Part shown: piece after piece, positions 7,980 through 15,841 of the stretch | Layout of the letters: each line of letters begins with the position of its first letter | Position numbering within the stretch: the stretch's first letter is position 1 | Assembly: GCA_046726415.1 (NCBI GenBank) | Contig: JBKPAK010000250.1 | Span: 1 to 15,841, forward strand | Direction of reading: 5' to 3' | From: Candidatus Methylomirabilota bacterium | Lineage (GTDB): Bacteria; Methylomirabilota; Methylomirabilia; Rokubacteriales; CSP1-6 | Length of the DNA: 15,841 nt | Notes under the pieces: generated by a model | The model's database searches: none | Told to the model about the DNA's origin: nothing | Seen by the model: the letters and a program-made list of their open reading frames with translations, nothing else | Translations under genes and position numbers: made by a program

Positions 7980-8904
7980 TCGCGTCCCGCGCAACGTCGT
8001 TGGCACGAGCCCCTTCGGCGAGCACGACGAGATCGGCCGGCTGAACCTGATCACTCCGGAATCCCGGGCCCGGGTGATGGCCCGGGTGAATCCATCGGTC
8101 ATCTACGATTTGGCCGTCGATTACTTCATCGGGATGCCGACGTGGGTCGCCTGTGCCGATCCGCCCTATCAGATCTGGATGACCCACACCCCTCACGGCA
8201 CGTGTATCGACAACCTGTCCGGGCAAACCCGGGACGTCAACGAGCGTCTGGGATACTCCGGCGATTCGATCATGATGTACACGCACTGTGGCACCCACAT
8301 CGATGCGCTCAATCACTGGGCCTATCGCGGGAAGATCTGGAACAACTTCGCCGTCAACGAGCATCTGGGCAGTCGACACTGGCAGAAGTGCGGGTCGGAT
8401 CGAATGCCGCCAATCGTCGCCCGCGGGGTGCTGCTCGACGTCGCGGCAACCAAACGCGTGGAGATGCTTCCCGATTCCTACGCCATTACTCCGGAGGATC
8501 TCCAGGAAACGGTCGAGCGACAGGGCATGACACTCGAGGAGGGCGACGTGGTGCTGGTTCGCACCGGCCGGATGGCGGTGTGGGACGATCCGCCGCGTTA
8601 CCTGACGAACTCGCCCGGGATCAACGTTCGGGCCGCACAGTGGCTCGTGGAAGGGCACGGGGCCATGATCCTCGGGTCGGACACGGCAGCGCTCGAGTAC
8701 CTCCCTTCGATCGACGTTCCCGGGAACTACAATCCCGTCCATCTCTATCTCGTGGCGGAACAGGGCGTGCCGATCATCGAGGTTCTCAGGCTCGACGAGT
8801 TAGCGCAGGACCGCGTGTACGAGTTCGCTTTCTTCGGCGCGCCGCTGAAGCTCCGCGGATCGACCGGTTCGCCCATGCGTCCCTGGGCGATGCCGCTGCG
8901 TTAG
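7969..8904 (+). CDS. Cyclase-family metal-dependent hydrolase (kynurenine formamidase / isatin hydrolase-like)
   Basis: DEIGRLNLIT, HCGTHIDALNH metal motif (HxGTHxDxxxH), RGVLLDV, GDVVLVRTG, GSD, GVPIIE, PLKLRGSTGSPMRP; GGAGG SD. Confidence 0.92.
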   Translation: MNSDRVPRNVVGTSPFGEHDEIGRLNLITPESRARVMARVNPSVIYDLAVDYFIGMPTWVACADPPYQIWMTHTPHGTCIDNLSGQTRDVNERLGYSGDSIMMYTHCGTHIDALNHWAYRGKIWNNFAVNEHLGSRHWQKCGSDRMPPIVARGVLLDVAATKRVEMLPDSYAITPEDLQETVERQGMTLEEGDVVLVRTGRMAVWDDPPRYLTNSPGINVRAAQWLVEGHGAMILGSDTAALEYLPSIDVPGNYNPVHLYLVAEQGVPIIEVLRLDELAQDRVYEFAFFGAPLKLRGSTGSPMRPWAMPLR

Positions 8905-8919
8905 CGCGGTCACGGAGGA

Positions 8920-9102
8920 GTGGCAAAGATGGGAAGCCGGATCGACACGCTGATCGAGGGCGGGACGGTGGTGGCGGGCGGCCTGGTCAGCGACGCGACC
9001 GTCGCGATCGGCGATGGCAAGATCGTCGGCTTGCTTTCACCGGGCGTTCAGGTCTCCGATACGCCGTTGCGCCGGATCGACGCCTCCGGAAGAATCGTCA
9101 TG
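8920..9102 (+). pseudogene. N-terminal ~60 aa of a dihydroorotase/hydantoinase/allantoinase-type amidohydrolase, truncated
   Basis: GGAGGAG SD; IDTLIEGGTVV...DATVAIGDGKIVGL...RIDASGRIVM stops matching exactly where PGxxDxHxH should follow. The rest of the listed ORF is antisense to the next gene. Confidence 0.82.
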
Positions 9103-9112
9103 CTCATCGTCG
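9100..9112 (+). repeat. 13-bp imperfect direct repeat, copy 2 (ATGCTCATCGTCG)
   Basis: Sits at the truncation point of the amidohydrolase; 12/13 identical to 4761-4773. Confidence 0.6.
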
Positions 9113-9117
9113 GATCG

Positions 9118-10317
9118 TCAGTTCATTCGTTCGTATTTGCCCCGATCGGTGATCCGGATCGTCGTGACAACCGGGTTCAGGTTGTCGCCGTTCGGCGGGT
9201 TCTTGAAGGACACGCGATTGCCGAGGGGCGTGGTGAAGTCGAGCTTGGTCAGGGCCTGCGCGAACTTCCCGCGGTCCGTGGCCGTGCCGGACTTCTTCAC
9301 CGCTTCCACAACCGTGTAGACCGAGTCGTACCCGTAGGTCGAGTACTGCGTGGGAGACAACTCGGGATACGCCTTCGCGTAGTCCTCCAGGAACTTCCTC
9401 AGACCGCCGGTCGCGGTCACCAGATCCGCGGCGATCCAGGTGAAGCCGCCCCTGAATGCTCCGCGCGCGTTGTCCCATGCGGTCGTATCCAGGAACGCGC
9501 CATCCGGCGTAAAGAGCGGCGCCTTGATGCCCATGTCCACCATCTGCAACGCGACTCTGGCCCCGTCGCCGATCGCGGCCATGATGCCGATGAGCTCGGG
9601 GCCGCCCGCTCGGATCGTGGAGATCTGTGCAGAGTAGTCTTGCTCGCCGGATCGGAAGACCGTGTCGGCGACGATCTGAACACCGAGCTTCTGGACCGTC
9701 CGCTTCGCGGCGTTGTACGAGGCGACCTGACCGTCCTGGGTCTGGTCGTGGATGAACGCGATGCGCTTCGTTCCCAGCTTCTTGACCATGGCCTCGACGA
9801 AGATCGGCATGGCCACCTCGATCGCCGGGTTCACTCGCACCACGTACGTGTTCCACTCCTTGATGGGCGGGCCTGATCCATTGCCGATGATCGGCATCTT
9901 CACCTGGCCGGCCACCGGCACCATGGGCAGAAATCCCATCGAGTTACAGGGACCCATCACGGCCAGAATGTTGGGATCGCCCGCCGCCTGGCGCAGCAGC
10001 GCGATGGCCTCGTTGCGATCGTTGGCCATGTCGCCCTTGCCGAGCTCGATCGTGTACCGGTTCCCCCGATCGTCCTGGAAGCCGCCGGCCGCATTGATCT
10101 CCTTGACCGCCAGCTCCGATCCCGCGTGAACGCGCATACCATAGGAGGCGGACGGGCCGGTCAGGGGCTGTATGCTCATCAGCTTCACCGTCGTCGCCGT
10201 CTTCGTGGCCGGGGACGTTTGCCCTGCGGCCACCCTGGTTATGGCCGGAGCAAGCAATGGCGAAGCGGCTACGCCAAGGAACTTCCTCCGGCTGAGCGCC
10301 CTGGGCTCGAACATCAT
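9118..10317 (-). CDS. ABC substrate-binding protein, LivJ/LivK (periplasmic binding protein type 1) family, Tat signal
   Basis: SRRKFL Tat motif; IQPLTGPSASYG...ELAVKEINAAGG; GPCNS; DYSAQISTIR; YGYDSVY; AAGGAG SD. Confidence 0.92.
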   Translation of the reverse strand: MMFEPRALSRRKFLGVAASPLLAPAITRVAAGQTSPATKTATTVKLMSIQPLTGPSASYGMRVHAGSELAVKEINAAGGFQDDRGNRYTIELGKGDMANDRNEAIALLRQAAGDPNILAVMGPCNSMGFLPMVPVAGQVKMPIIGNGSGPPIKEWNTYVVRVNPAIEVAMPIFVEAMVKKLGTKRIAFIHDQTQDGQVASYNAAKRTVQKLGVQIVADTVFRSGEQDYSAQISTIRAGGPELIGIMAAIGDGARVALQMVDMGIKAPLFTPDGAFLDTTAWDNARGAFRGGFTWIAADLVTATGGLRKFLEDYAKAYPELSPTQYSTYGYDSVYTVVEAVKKSGTATDRGKFAQALTKLDFTTPLGNRVSFKNPPNGDNLNPVVTTIRITDRGKYERMN

Positions 10318-10323
10318 CTCTGC

Positions 10324-11247
10324 TTACTCCTTTCCTCGAGCCACAGTCTCTGTGCCCCGGCCATGGTTCTCGAGCCAGAACATGGCGATGTCGTTGCGGT
10401 TCGCGATCCACACGTCCGAAAATTTCCTGACGTGAGCCAGAAATTGATCGAGTCCTCGTGCCCGCCCGGGCCGACCGATGGTCCGCCCGTGCAGGCCCAC
10501 GGACATCATCTTGGGCGACGTGGCCGCCTCCTCGTAGAGCACGTCGAACGTATCGCGCGCGTACTCGAAAAAGTCACTCGCCTTGAACATCTGATTTCGC
10601 ACGAATCGGACGTCGTTGACGTCGAGGGCGTACGGGACGACGAGGAATGGCTTGCCGCTGACCTGATCGAAGTACGGCAAATCGTCGTTGAACGCGCAAC
10701 TGTCGTAGAGCAGTCCCTCCTCGGCCAGAATGCGGCGCGTCGCGGTGGTGGCCATGAGCCTGGTGAACCAGCCGATCACCCGCTGACCGGTCGCGCGCTC
10801 GATGGCGGCCTTGCCCTGTCTGATGTGCTCTCGCTCCTCGGCCTCGCTCATCCCGAAGTGCGGAAGCGAACGATACCCGTGGCCGACCATGTCGTATCCA
10901 TGCTTGACGAACGCCTGGGCCACCTCAGGATTGCGCTCGAGCGCCAGACCGCAGGCGAAGACTGAGCAGGTCGCGTCGTACTTGTCCAGGATCCGCATGA
11001 TGCGCCAGACCCCCACCCGGCTTCCGTACTCGAAGATCGACTCGCTGGCGAGCTCGCGCTCCTCCCGGCCGGCCGGAAACACCACTTCCGTGAGCACCTC
11101 TCGCTCGCGGTCTCCCTCCAGCGGGCAGAGCTCGGAGCCCTCCTCGTAGTTGATCGCGATGTTGAGGGCGAGCCTCGCGCCATGGGGCCAGCGAACGAGG
11201 GGAGGTCTACGGCCATAGCCGACGAAGTCGCGCGGCCGTTCCATCAT
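10324..11247 (-). CDS. PuuE-like polysaccharide-deacetylase-fold hydrolase (allantoinase-like)
   Basis: RDFVGYGRRPP.V.WP.GARLALNIAINYEEGSE, ESIFEYGSRVGVWRI, ALERNPE, HGYR, DDLPY, VPYALDVND, PKMMSVGLHGRTIGRPGR; ATGA overlap with the upstream gene. Confidence 0.9.
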   Translation of the reverse strand: MMERPRDFVGYGRRPPLVRWPHGARLALNIAINYEEGSELCPLEGDREREVLTEVVFPAGREERELASESIFEYGSRVGVWRIMRILDKYDATCSVFACGLALERNPEVAQAFVKHGYDMVGHGYRSLPHFGMSEAEEREHIRQGKAAIERATGQRVIGWFTRLMATTATRRILAEEGLLYDSCAFNDDLPYFDQVSGKPFLVVPYALDVNDVRFVRNQMFKASDFFEYARDTFDVLYEEAATSPKMMSVGLHGRTIGRPGRARGLDQFLAHVRKFSDVWIANRNDIAMFWLENHGRGTETVARGKE

Positions 11248-12158
11248 TGTGCGGGCTCCCGCTCTGCCCAGTCGGCAGGTCTGCGGTCGACGATTTCTTC
11301 GTAGCGCATCGGCGCGTCGATCAATCGTCCTTCCTCCATGATGACCTTCTGCCACTGCATCAGCGCCGGCTCGGGAATCCGCGCAGTGCCGATCCAGACG
11401 CCCCTCCGGCGACACGAACGCACCGCTTCGGCAATCAGGTCCGGACTCAATGTCGGGAACTGTCTCTTGAACACCCCCGGTGCCTCACTTGGATCATGCG
11501 AGAGCGTCCACACCAGGGCGCGCTGGATCGCCTTGGCGAAGCGGCCCGCGACATTGTCCGGGCGATCCAGGAACTCCGGCCTCGCGTAGAAGATACTCCA
11601 CGGGATATCTCCGAGTTCGGCGAAATCCGCGACCTGACTGGCCACGCCATCTCGAATGAAGACGTCAGATACCGGCGGCATACCGATGAAGAAGTCTCCG
11701 AAGCCGGCACGGAATAGGTTGATCGCTTCCTCGGCCATAAAGTCCGCGACGAGTCGGACCCTGCACGGATCGACGCCGGCGCGACGAAGCGTGCTGGCCA
11801 CGACCATCCAGAAGTTCGGCGCGCCGCCGGGGGCGACGACGATCCGGCCCGAAAGATCGGCCCAGCTGAAGCGCTCGACTGGCGTTCGCGCCAGCAGCAC
11901 CGCGGCGAGGCGATTGCAGAGCTGGGCGAACGGCACGAACGTATGGAGCCGCCCACGATACAGCATCGGCAGCCAGATTCCACCGAGGCCGACGTCCGCA
12001 GCACCGGATCCGACCTCGCGCGGCACGCCCGGCCCGTTTCCGAGCACCTCGACCGTGACGTCGAGTCCCTCGTCGGCAAAGAAGCCACGCTCGCGCGCGA
12101 CGAATTCCGGGTAGTAGTTGACGCCGGCCCCGGTGGAGCTGATGCGGACGACCTCCAT
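11244..12158 (-). CDS. NMT1/THI5-like (SsuA/TauA type 2) binding-protein-fold protein without a signal peptide
   Basis: MEVVRISSTGAGVNYYPEFVARERGFFADEGLDVTV...FSWADLSGR...RFAKAIQRALVW; start GTG 12161/ATG 12158 overlaps the racemase stop. Confidence 0.85.
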   Translation of the reverse strand: MEVVRISSTGAGVNYYPEFVARERGFFADEGLDVTVEVLGNGPGVPREVGSGAADVGLGGIWLPMLYRGRLHTFVPFAQLCNRLAAVLLARTPVERFSWADLSGRIVVAPGGAPNFWMVVASTLRRAGVDPCRVRLVADFMAEEAINLFRAGFGDFFIGMPPVSDVFIRDGVASQVADFAELGDIPWSIFYARPEFLDRPDNVAGRFAKAIQRALVWTLSHDPSEAPGVFKRQFPTLSPDLIAEAVRSCRRRGVWIGTARIPEPALMQWQKVIMEEGRLIDAPMRYEEIVDRRPADWAEREPAQ

Positions 12159-12889
12159 CACGGCCCCATCCGAGGAAAGCCGCGGATGGTCTTGGGTAAC
12201 GGCGACGCGTAACCACCGAGCTTTGAGGTCCGGAGGCCGAGCGCGGCGAGGGCCTCCACGAGGACCACCGCCGCCGCGACGCCGTCGACCACCGGCAGCC
12301 CGCAGCGCTTCGACAGATCGGCCGCGAGGTCGGCCATGCCAGCGCAACCGAGCACGATGGCCTCCGCGCGGTCCTCGCGTCGGGCGAGTTCGATCTCCGC
12401 CTCGATGCGCTGGCGCGCTTCGCTCGCCGGATCTTCGAGCGCCAGCACGGGGATCTCCGCGGCTCGCACGCGCGCGCAGCGCGTGGCGAGCCCGTAGCGA
12501 ACCAAATTCTGCTGGATGGCGGGGACGGCCCGGCCGAGCGTGGTCACCACCGAGAAGGAGCCCGCGATCAGGCTGGCCACGTGGAAGGCAGCCTCCCCGA
12601 TGCCCACGACCGGGGCGCGCGCCAGGGCGCGCGCCGCGTCGAGGCCCGTGTCGTCGAAGCACCCTATGACGTGCCCCGCAACGCCTCGCGCCTCGCCCTT
12701 CGCGATCTCGACCAGCAAGCCCGGCACCGCGAGGGCTTCGTCGTAGAAGCCCTCGATCGAGTCTGGGCCAGTGGCCGGGTTCACTGCGGTGATCGTCGTG
12801 CCGGACGACGCCGCGGCTCGGGCGGCCGCGCCGATCTTCTCGGTCATGGACGCCGTGATGTTGGGGTTGACGATCAGGATTTCCATCAT
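12158..12889 (-). CDS. Asp/Glu/hydantoin racemase family protein (allantoin racemase HpxA / hydantoin racemase-like)
   Basis: ILIVNPNITASMT, GPDSIEG, catalytic Cys motifs GCFDDTGLDAAR and IVLGCAGM, PVVDGVAAAV, LRTSKLGGYASPLPK. Confidence 0.93.
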   Translation of the reverse strand: MMEILIVNPNITASMTEKIGAAARAAASSGTTITAVNPATGPDSIEGFYDEALAVPGLLVEIAKGEARGVAGHVIGCFDDTGLDAARALARAPVVGIGEAAFHVASLIAGSFSVVTTLGRAVPAIQQNLVRYGLATRCARVRAAEIPVLALEDPASEARQRIEAEIELARREDRAEAIVLGCAGMADLAADLSKRCGLPVVDGVAAAVVLVEALAALGLRTSKLGGYASPLPKTIRGFPRMGP

Positions 12890-12950
12890 CCGGCGTCAGT
12901 TCTATCTCACCTCGGTCTTCGACTTCAACTTCACGGCGACGGTCGTCTCA

Positions 12951-13995
12951 TCACCCGACGGACACCTCGGCAATCTCTGTGGCCCACATCGGGTGCGGGC
13001 AATAGCCTCGCACGCGCGGCGACCATGCGTCGACGGCCGGCTCGTGAAAGAGATAGACGCTCGGCACGTCGTCGAGTATGAGCTGCTGGGCCGCCGCGTA
13101 GGCCGCACCACGGCGCGCGGGATCGAGCTGCGCACGCCCTTCACTCAAGTGCTGGTCCATCCGCGCGGAAACGTACTGTCCAGAATTGAAGCGGCCGCGG
13201 CTGTGGTACCGCCGCCCGAGCACCTGATCGGGGTCGGGCATCGGCGTCCACGTCTGGAAGATGATCTGCCAGTCGCTGCTCGTGTAGACGCCGGGCCACC
13301 ACAGCGGATTCGGATAGGGCTTCACGTCGAGGTCGATGCCGATCATCGCGAGATCTGGCGCGATGGCGGCGCCCATGATCGCGCCACTTGGCCCGTTGAC
13401 CGGCAGCGTCAGCCGTATTCGCTGGCCGAAGCCGGCTTCGCGAAGCAGCCAGCGCCCGCGCTCGGGATCGTGAACGGGCGCCGTCAGCTCGACGTACCAC
13501 GGACTGCCCGGGGCGAAGGGCGTGCAGGACGCGGTGCCGAGTCCGCCGAAGAGTCGTTCGAGCAGCGCGGGCCGGTTCACGGCGTGAGCCACGGCCAGTC
13601 GAGCCCTCCGGTCCGAGAACGGTGCGGTCGCGCAGTTGAACGTCAGATGGCTCGGGCCATGTCCCGCCACGACGTCGACGACGAAGCCCGCCCGACGCAA
13701 CGCATCGAGTCGCGTCGGGTCGGGCGCGCAGATCAGCTGCGTCGCCTCGTCGAGGAGCTGGTCGGTGCGCTCGCGGACGTCGGCGGTGAAGCGCCATTGC
13801 ACCAGTTCTGTGCGAGACACGTCCGGTCGGTGATAGTCGGCGACGGCCCGCAGCTCGAGCTGCTCGCCCGGGACCCATCGCACGAGCTCGTATGGCCCGG
13901 CGCCGATCGGTTGGGTCCGCGCGTCGCGTGACGCGAGCGCCTTGACGTCGGTCATCCCGGTGTTGTTCGCGAGCAGACCCAGGAAAGACACCGAC
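12951..13995 (-). pseudogene. 5'-truncated family-5 (DppA/OppA-type) ABC substrate-binding protein
   Basis: SFLGLLA...QPIGAGPYELVRWVPGEQLEL, LTFNCATAPFSDRRARLAVAHAVNR, HDPERGRWLLREAG, RGAAYAAAQQLILDDVPSVYL. The signal peptide and N-terminal third are absent; the listed ORF's first ~55 codons are antisense to a PIN remnant. Confidence 0.82.
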
Positions 13996-14207
13996 TTCGG
14001 CACCCTGCTGGCCCTGCGCGAGGCGAGTTCGCCTTCCGTGATCCTGTTCCGTGCCGCCTCACTCAGCGAACTGAGGACCAAGTCGGATTGATCGTCAGGG
14101 CCCTGCCATCGATCGAAGCCGCCCTCCGACGTGGCGCGATCGTCATTCTCGAGCGCCATCGCCTCCGAGGTCTACCCATCACCCGTCAGCGCGACGACGA
14201 CGTCTAG
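13987..14207 (+). pseudogene. DUF5615 PIN-like (toxin-type nuclease) remnant, 5'-truncated and frameshifted
   Basis: Not in the ORF track. Reads DTDFGTLLALREASSPSVILFR-(1 nt missing at ~14053)-RLTQRTEDQVGLIVRALPSIEAALRRGAIVILERHRLRGLPITRQRDDDV* (TAG 14205-14207); the DxDFG...PSVILFR...GAIV...LPI pattern fits DUF5615. Confidence 0.75.
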
Positions 14208-14214
14208 GAACTCG

Positions 14215-15417
14215 TCAGTGGTTGAATGCCGCCTGGCGGTGAGCGGCGGGGTCAACGGGACAGGGCGTGGTCTCGATTAGCCGCAGGACGGCAGCCGCAT
14301 CCAGCCGACGCCGATATCGAACCACCGAGACGCCCGTCGGGAGATCCTCCTCCGCGCAGTTGCGGCCTTCGTCGATGCAGAGGATGAGATTGGATAACCG
14401 AGCGCTTCGATAGAGCGCAAGCTTCCGTTTCACGTAGTCGGGTGTCCAGAAGCCCACGATCTCCAGGAGCCAGCGGCGCGTCGGGTTGGAACGATGCTGG
14501 ACCGCAAAGTCCGGAAATATCAGAGTGCCACTCGCCGCGACCGGCTCCGGTTCGCGAATCACATCCCACGCGGATGCGAGCCGTGGGAACTCGCGGGCGA
14601 AGCGTTCCTCCAGCCGGCTGTCGTATCGGCGCGGCGTACTGGAGGGAAAGATCGGATCACCGGTCCCGAGTTGCAGCGTGAGACGGCGGCCGTGGAAGAC
14701 GCAGTCCGCTCGCAGGCGGAAGCGTGGACACCACGCCAAGAGGGGCACCAGCTCACCGAGCGCCCGACCATAGAGGCGGGTGTTGCGAAACAACGCGAAC
14801 GGTCCCGAGAGTTCCACCGTCGCACTGGCGCCGCCGGACCGCCCGGCGAGGGTGCAGATCAGCCCGCGCCACTTCGCATGGCGGACCAGCACGCGCGTAT
14901 TCCCCTCGATCTCGATCCTGACAACGGTCGCGCGGAAGAGCATCCCCTGGACTACCGCGAGATTGCATCGAAGTGCCAACTCCATCGCCGACAGCGGCTG
15001 CGCCGGCGCCGCGACGAGTCGTTCGCCTGGCAGGTCCCCGAACAGCGACTCTTGAAGATCCTCTCTGCTCACGCCCAGAGAGGAGGCGACTGTGGTCCAG
15101 ACCGTTTCTGGAGGAGCCGATGTGCGCGCTGCCTCACCGAAGATGTGCGCTCGCGCCAGCCTGGGCGGCACCGCCGACTTCCGCTCGCGGAGCCGGAGTT
15201 TCCCGAGAACCTGGATGGCGAGTCTAAGCTTCTGCGGCGGGCTCTCGCATGGCAGCGGGTCGCGCAATCGCGCCTCCAGCTCACGCCGCGGCCGTCCAAT
15301 GAACCGTTCATGCTCGTCGAGGAGAGCTCGCAGCCAGGGGTGGTCATGCTCTCCGAGGTAATGAGGGACCGCGAGCGTCCCGGCCACGCTATAGCTGAGC
15401 AGATCGGCGGACAACAA
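14215..15417 (-). CDS. DUF790 family predicted nuclease (restriction endonuclease-like fold, Bax1-like)
   Basis: Start probably TTG 15417/15414 (MLSADLL). LFGDLPGER, CNLAVVQGMLFRA, LSGPFALFRNTRLYGRALGELVP, YDSRLEERFAREF, W..IREPEP....GTLIFPDF, LLEIVGFWTPDYVKRKL. Confidence 0.9.
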   Translation of the reverse strand: MLSADLLSYSVAGTLAVPHYLGEHDHPWLRALLDEHERFIGRPRRELEARLRDPLPCESPPQKLRLAIQVLGKLRLRERKSAVPPRLARAHIFGEAARTSAPPETVWTTVASSLGVSREDLQESLFGDLPGERLVAAPAQPLSAMELALRCNLAVVQGMLFRATVVRIEIEGNTRVLVRHAKWRGLICTLAGRSGGASATVELSGPFALFRNTRLYGRALGELVPLLAWCPRFRLRADCVFHGRRLTLQLGTGDPIFPSSTPRRYDSRLEERFAREFPRLASAWDVIREPEPVAASGTLIFPDFAVQHRSNPTRRWLLEIVGFWTPDYVKRKLALYRSARLSNLILCIDEGRNCAEEDLPTGVSVVRYRRRLDAAAVLRLIETTPCPVDPAAHRQAAFNH

Positions 15418-15841
15418 GACCTTGGCGTCTCCGGCGCGCCTGACCGACTTCGAGGGTGTTCCGCGTAACAAGCTCATATACCACGGCACGCTTGCCCTCG
15501 CTCGGCCGCAGCAACCGACCCACTCGCTGCACGTGTTCTCGCTCTCCGAGGGCGCCGCCCACGACAACGGCGACGTCGGCGTCAGGCACGTCGAGGCCTT
15601 CGTTGAGTACCCGTGCCGACACGAGCGTTCGGAGATCGCCGTGGCGGAAGCGCTCCAGCACGTCATCACGCTCTGGCCGGCTGATGTCGCACGTCAGCGG
15701 CATGACGAGATGCTCGCGGGCGATGGCATACGCTGTTTCGTTGTCAGCCGTGAAGATCAGCACTCGGGAATGCCGGTGGCGGCTCAGCAGCGATTCCAGT
15801 GCTTGCCGCTTCGCATGGGTGAAGGCGAGAAGCCGTCGCAT
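15389..15841 (-). CDS. XPB/SSL2-like superfamily 2 helicase, C-terminal part (5' end beyond the window)
   Basis: RVLIFT (motif IV), ERDDVLERFR, SARVLNEGLDVPDA (motif V), HVQRVGRLLR (motif VI), AVVYELVT; its 3' end overlaps the DUF790 start. Confidence 0.92.
   Translation of the reverse strand: MRRLLAFTHAKRQALESLLSRHRHSRVLIFTADNETAYAIAREHLVMPLTCDISRPERDDVLERFRHGDLRTLVSARVLNEGLDVPDADVAVVVGGALGEREHVQRVGRLLRPSEGKRAVVYELVTRNTLEVGQARRRRQGLVVRRSAQL

Noticed and set aside
8920..9876. 318-aa ORF as a full-length amidohydrolase
   Set aside because: Similarity ends at codon ~61; the remainder is the antisense of the LivK-like gene and lacks the HxH motif.
12771..13931. 386-aa plus-strand ORF and similar long opposite-strand ORFs (14494-15468, 6714-7820, 10126-10965)
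   Set aside because: High-GC shadow frames of well-supported genes on the other strand.

Overview
High-GC bacterial window; the gene repertoire suggests a soil lineage such as Rokubacteria/Binatia (inference only). Four blocks. (1) 1-~2200: left-reading module of a probable mobile element. It has a DUF3854/TOPRIM primase-like gene that the ORF track misses because it runs off the left edge, a 5x36-bp tandem repeat at that gene's 5' end, two small genes, and a 2x116-bp hairpin-rich duplication with phased GTTGCG repeats. (2) ~2250-4760: a mosaic of gene remnants: a dppC 3' end, a wHTH-AAA-TPR regulator broken by a stop, a Walker-A insertion and a large deletion, a Tat flavin amine oxidase 5' part, and an mlaE fragment, plus one small intact-looking gene. 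(3) 4761-13995: a cyclic-amide/ureide-type catabolic and transport cluster in two convergent halves. The + half is livG/F/H/M-like genes, a cyclase-family hydrolase and a truncated amidohydrolase. The - half is a family-5 SBP remnant, a hydantoin/allantoin racemase, an NMT1/THI5-like protein, a PuuE-like hydrolase and a LivK-like SBP. The junction sequences suggest that the + half is an inverted segment of one former operon. (4) 13987-15841: a hidden DUF5615 PIN-like remnant converging on a DUF790 (Bax1-like) nuclease and XPB/SSL2-like helicase pair. All family calls come from motif recognition in manual translations, not from database searches.
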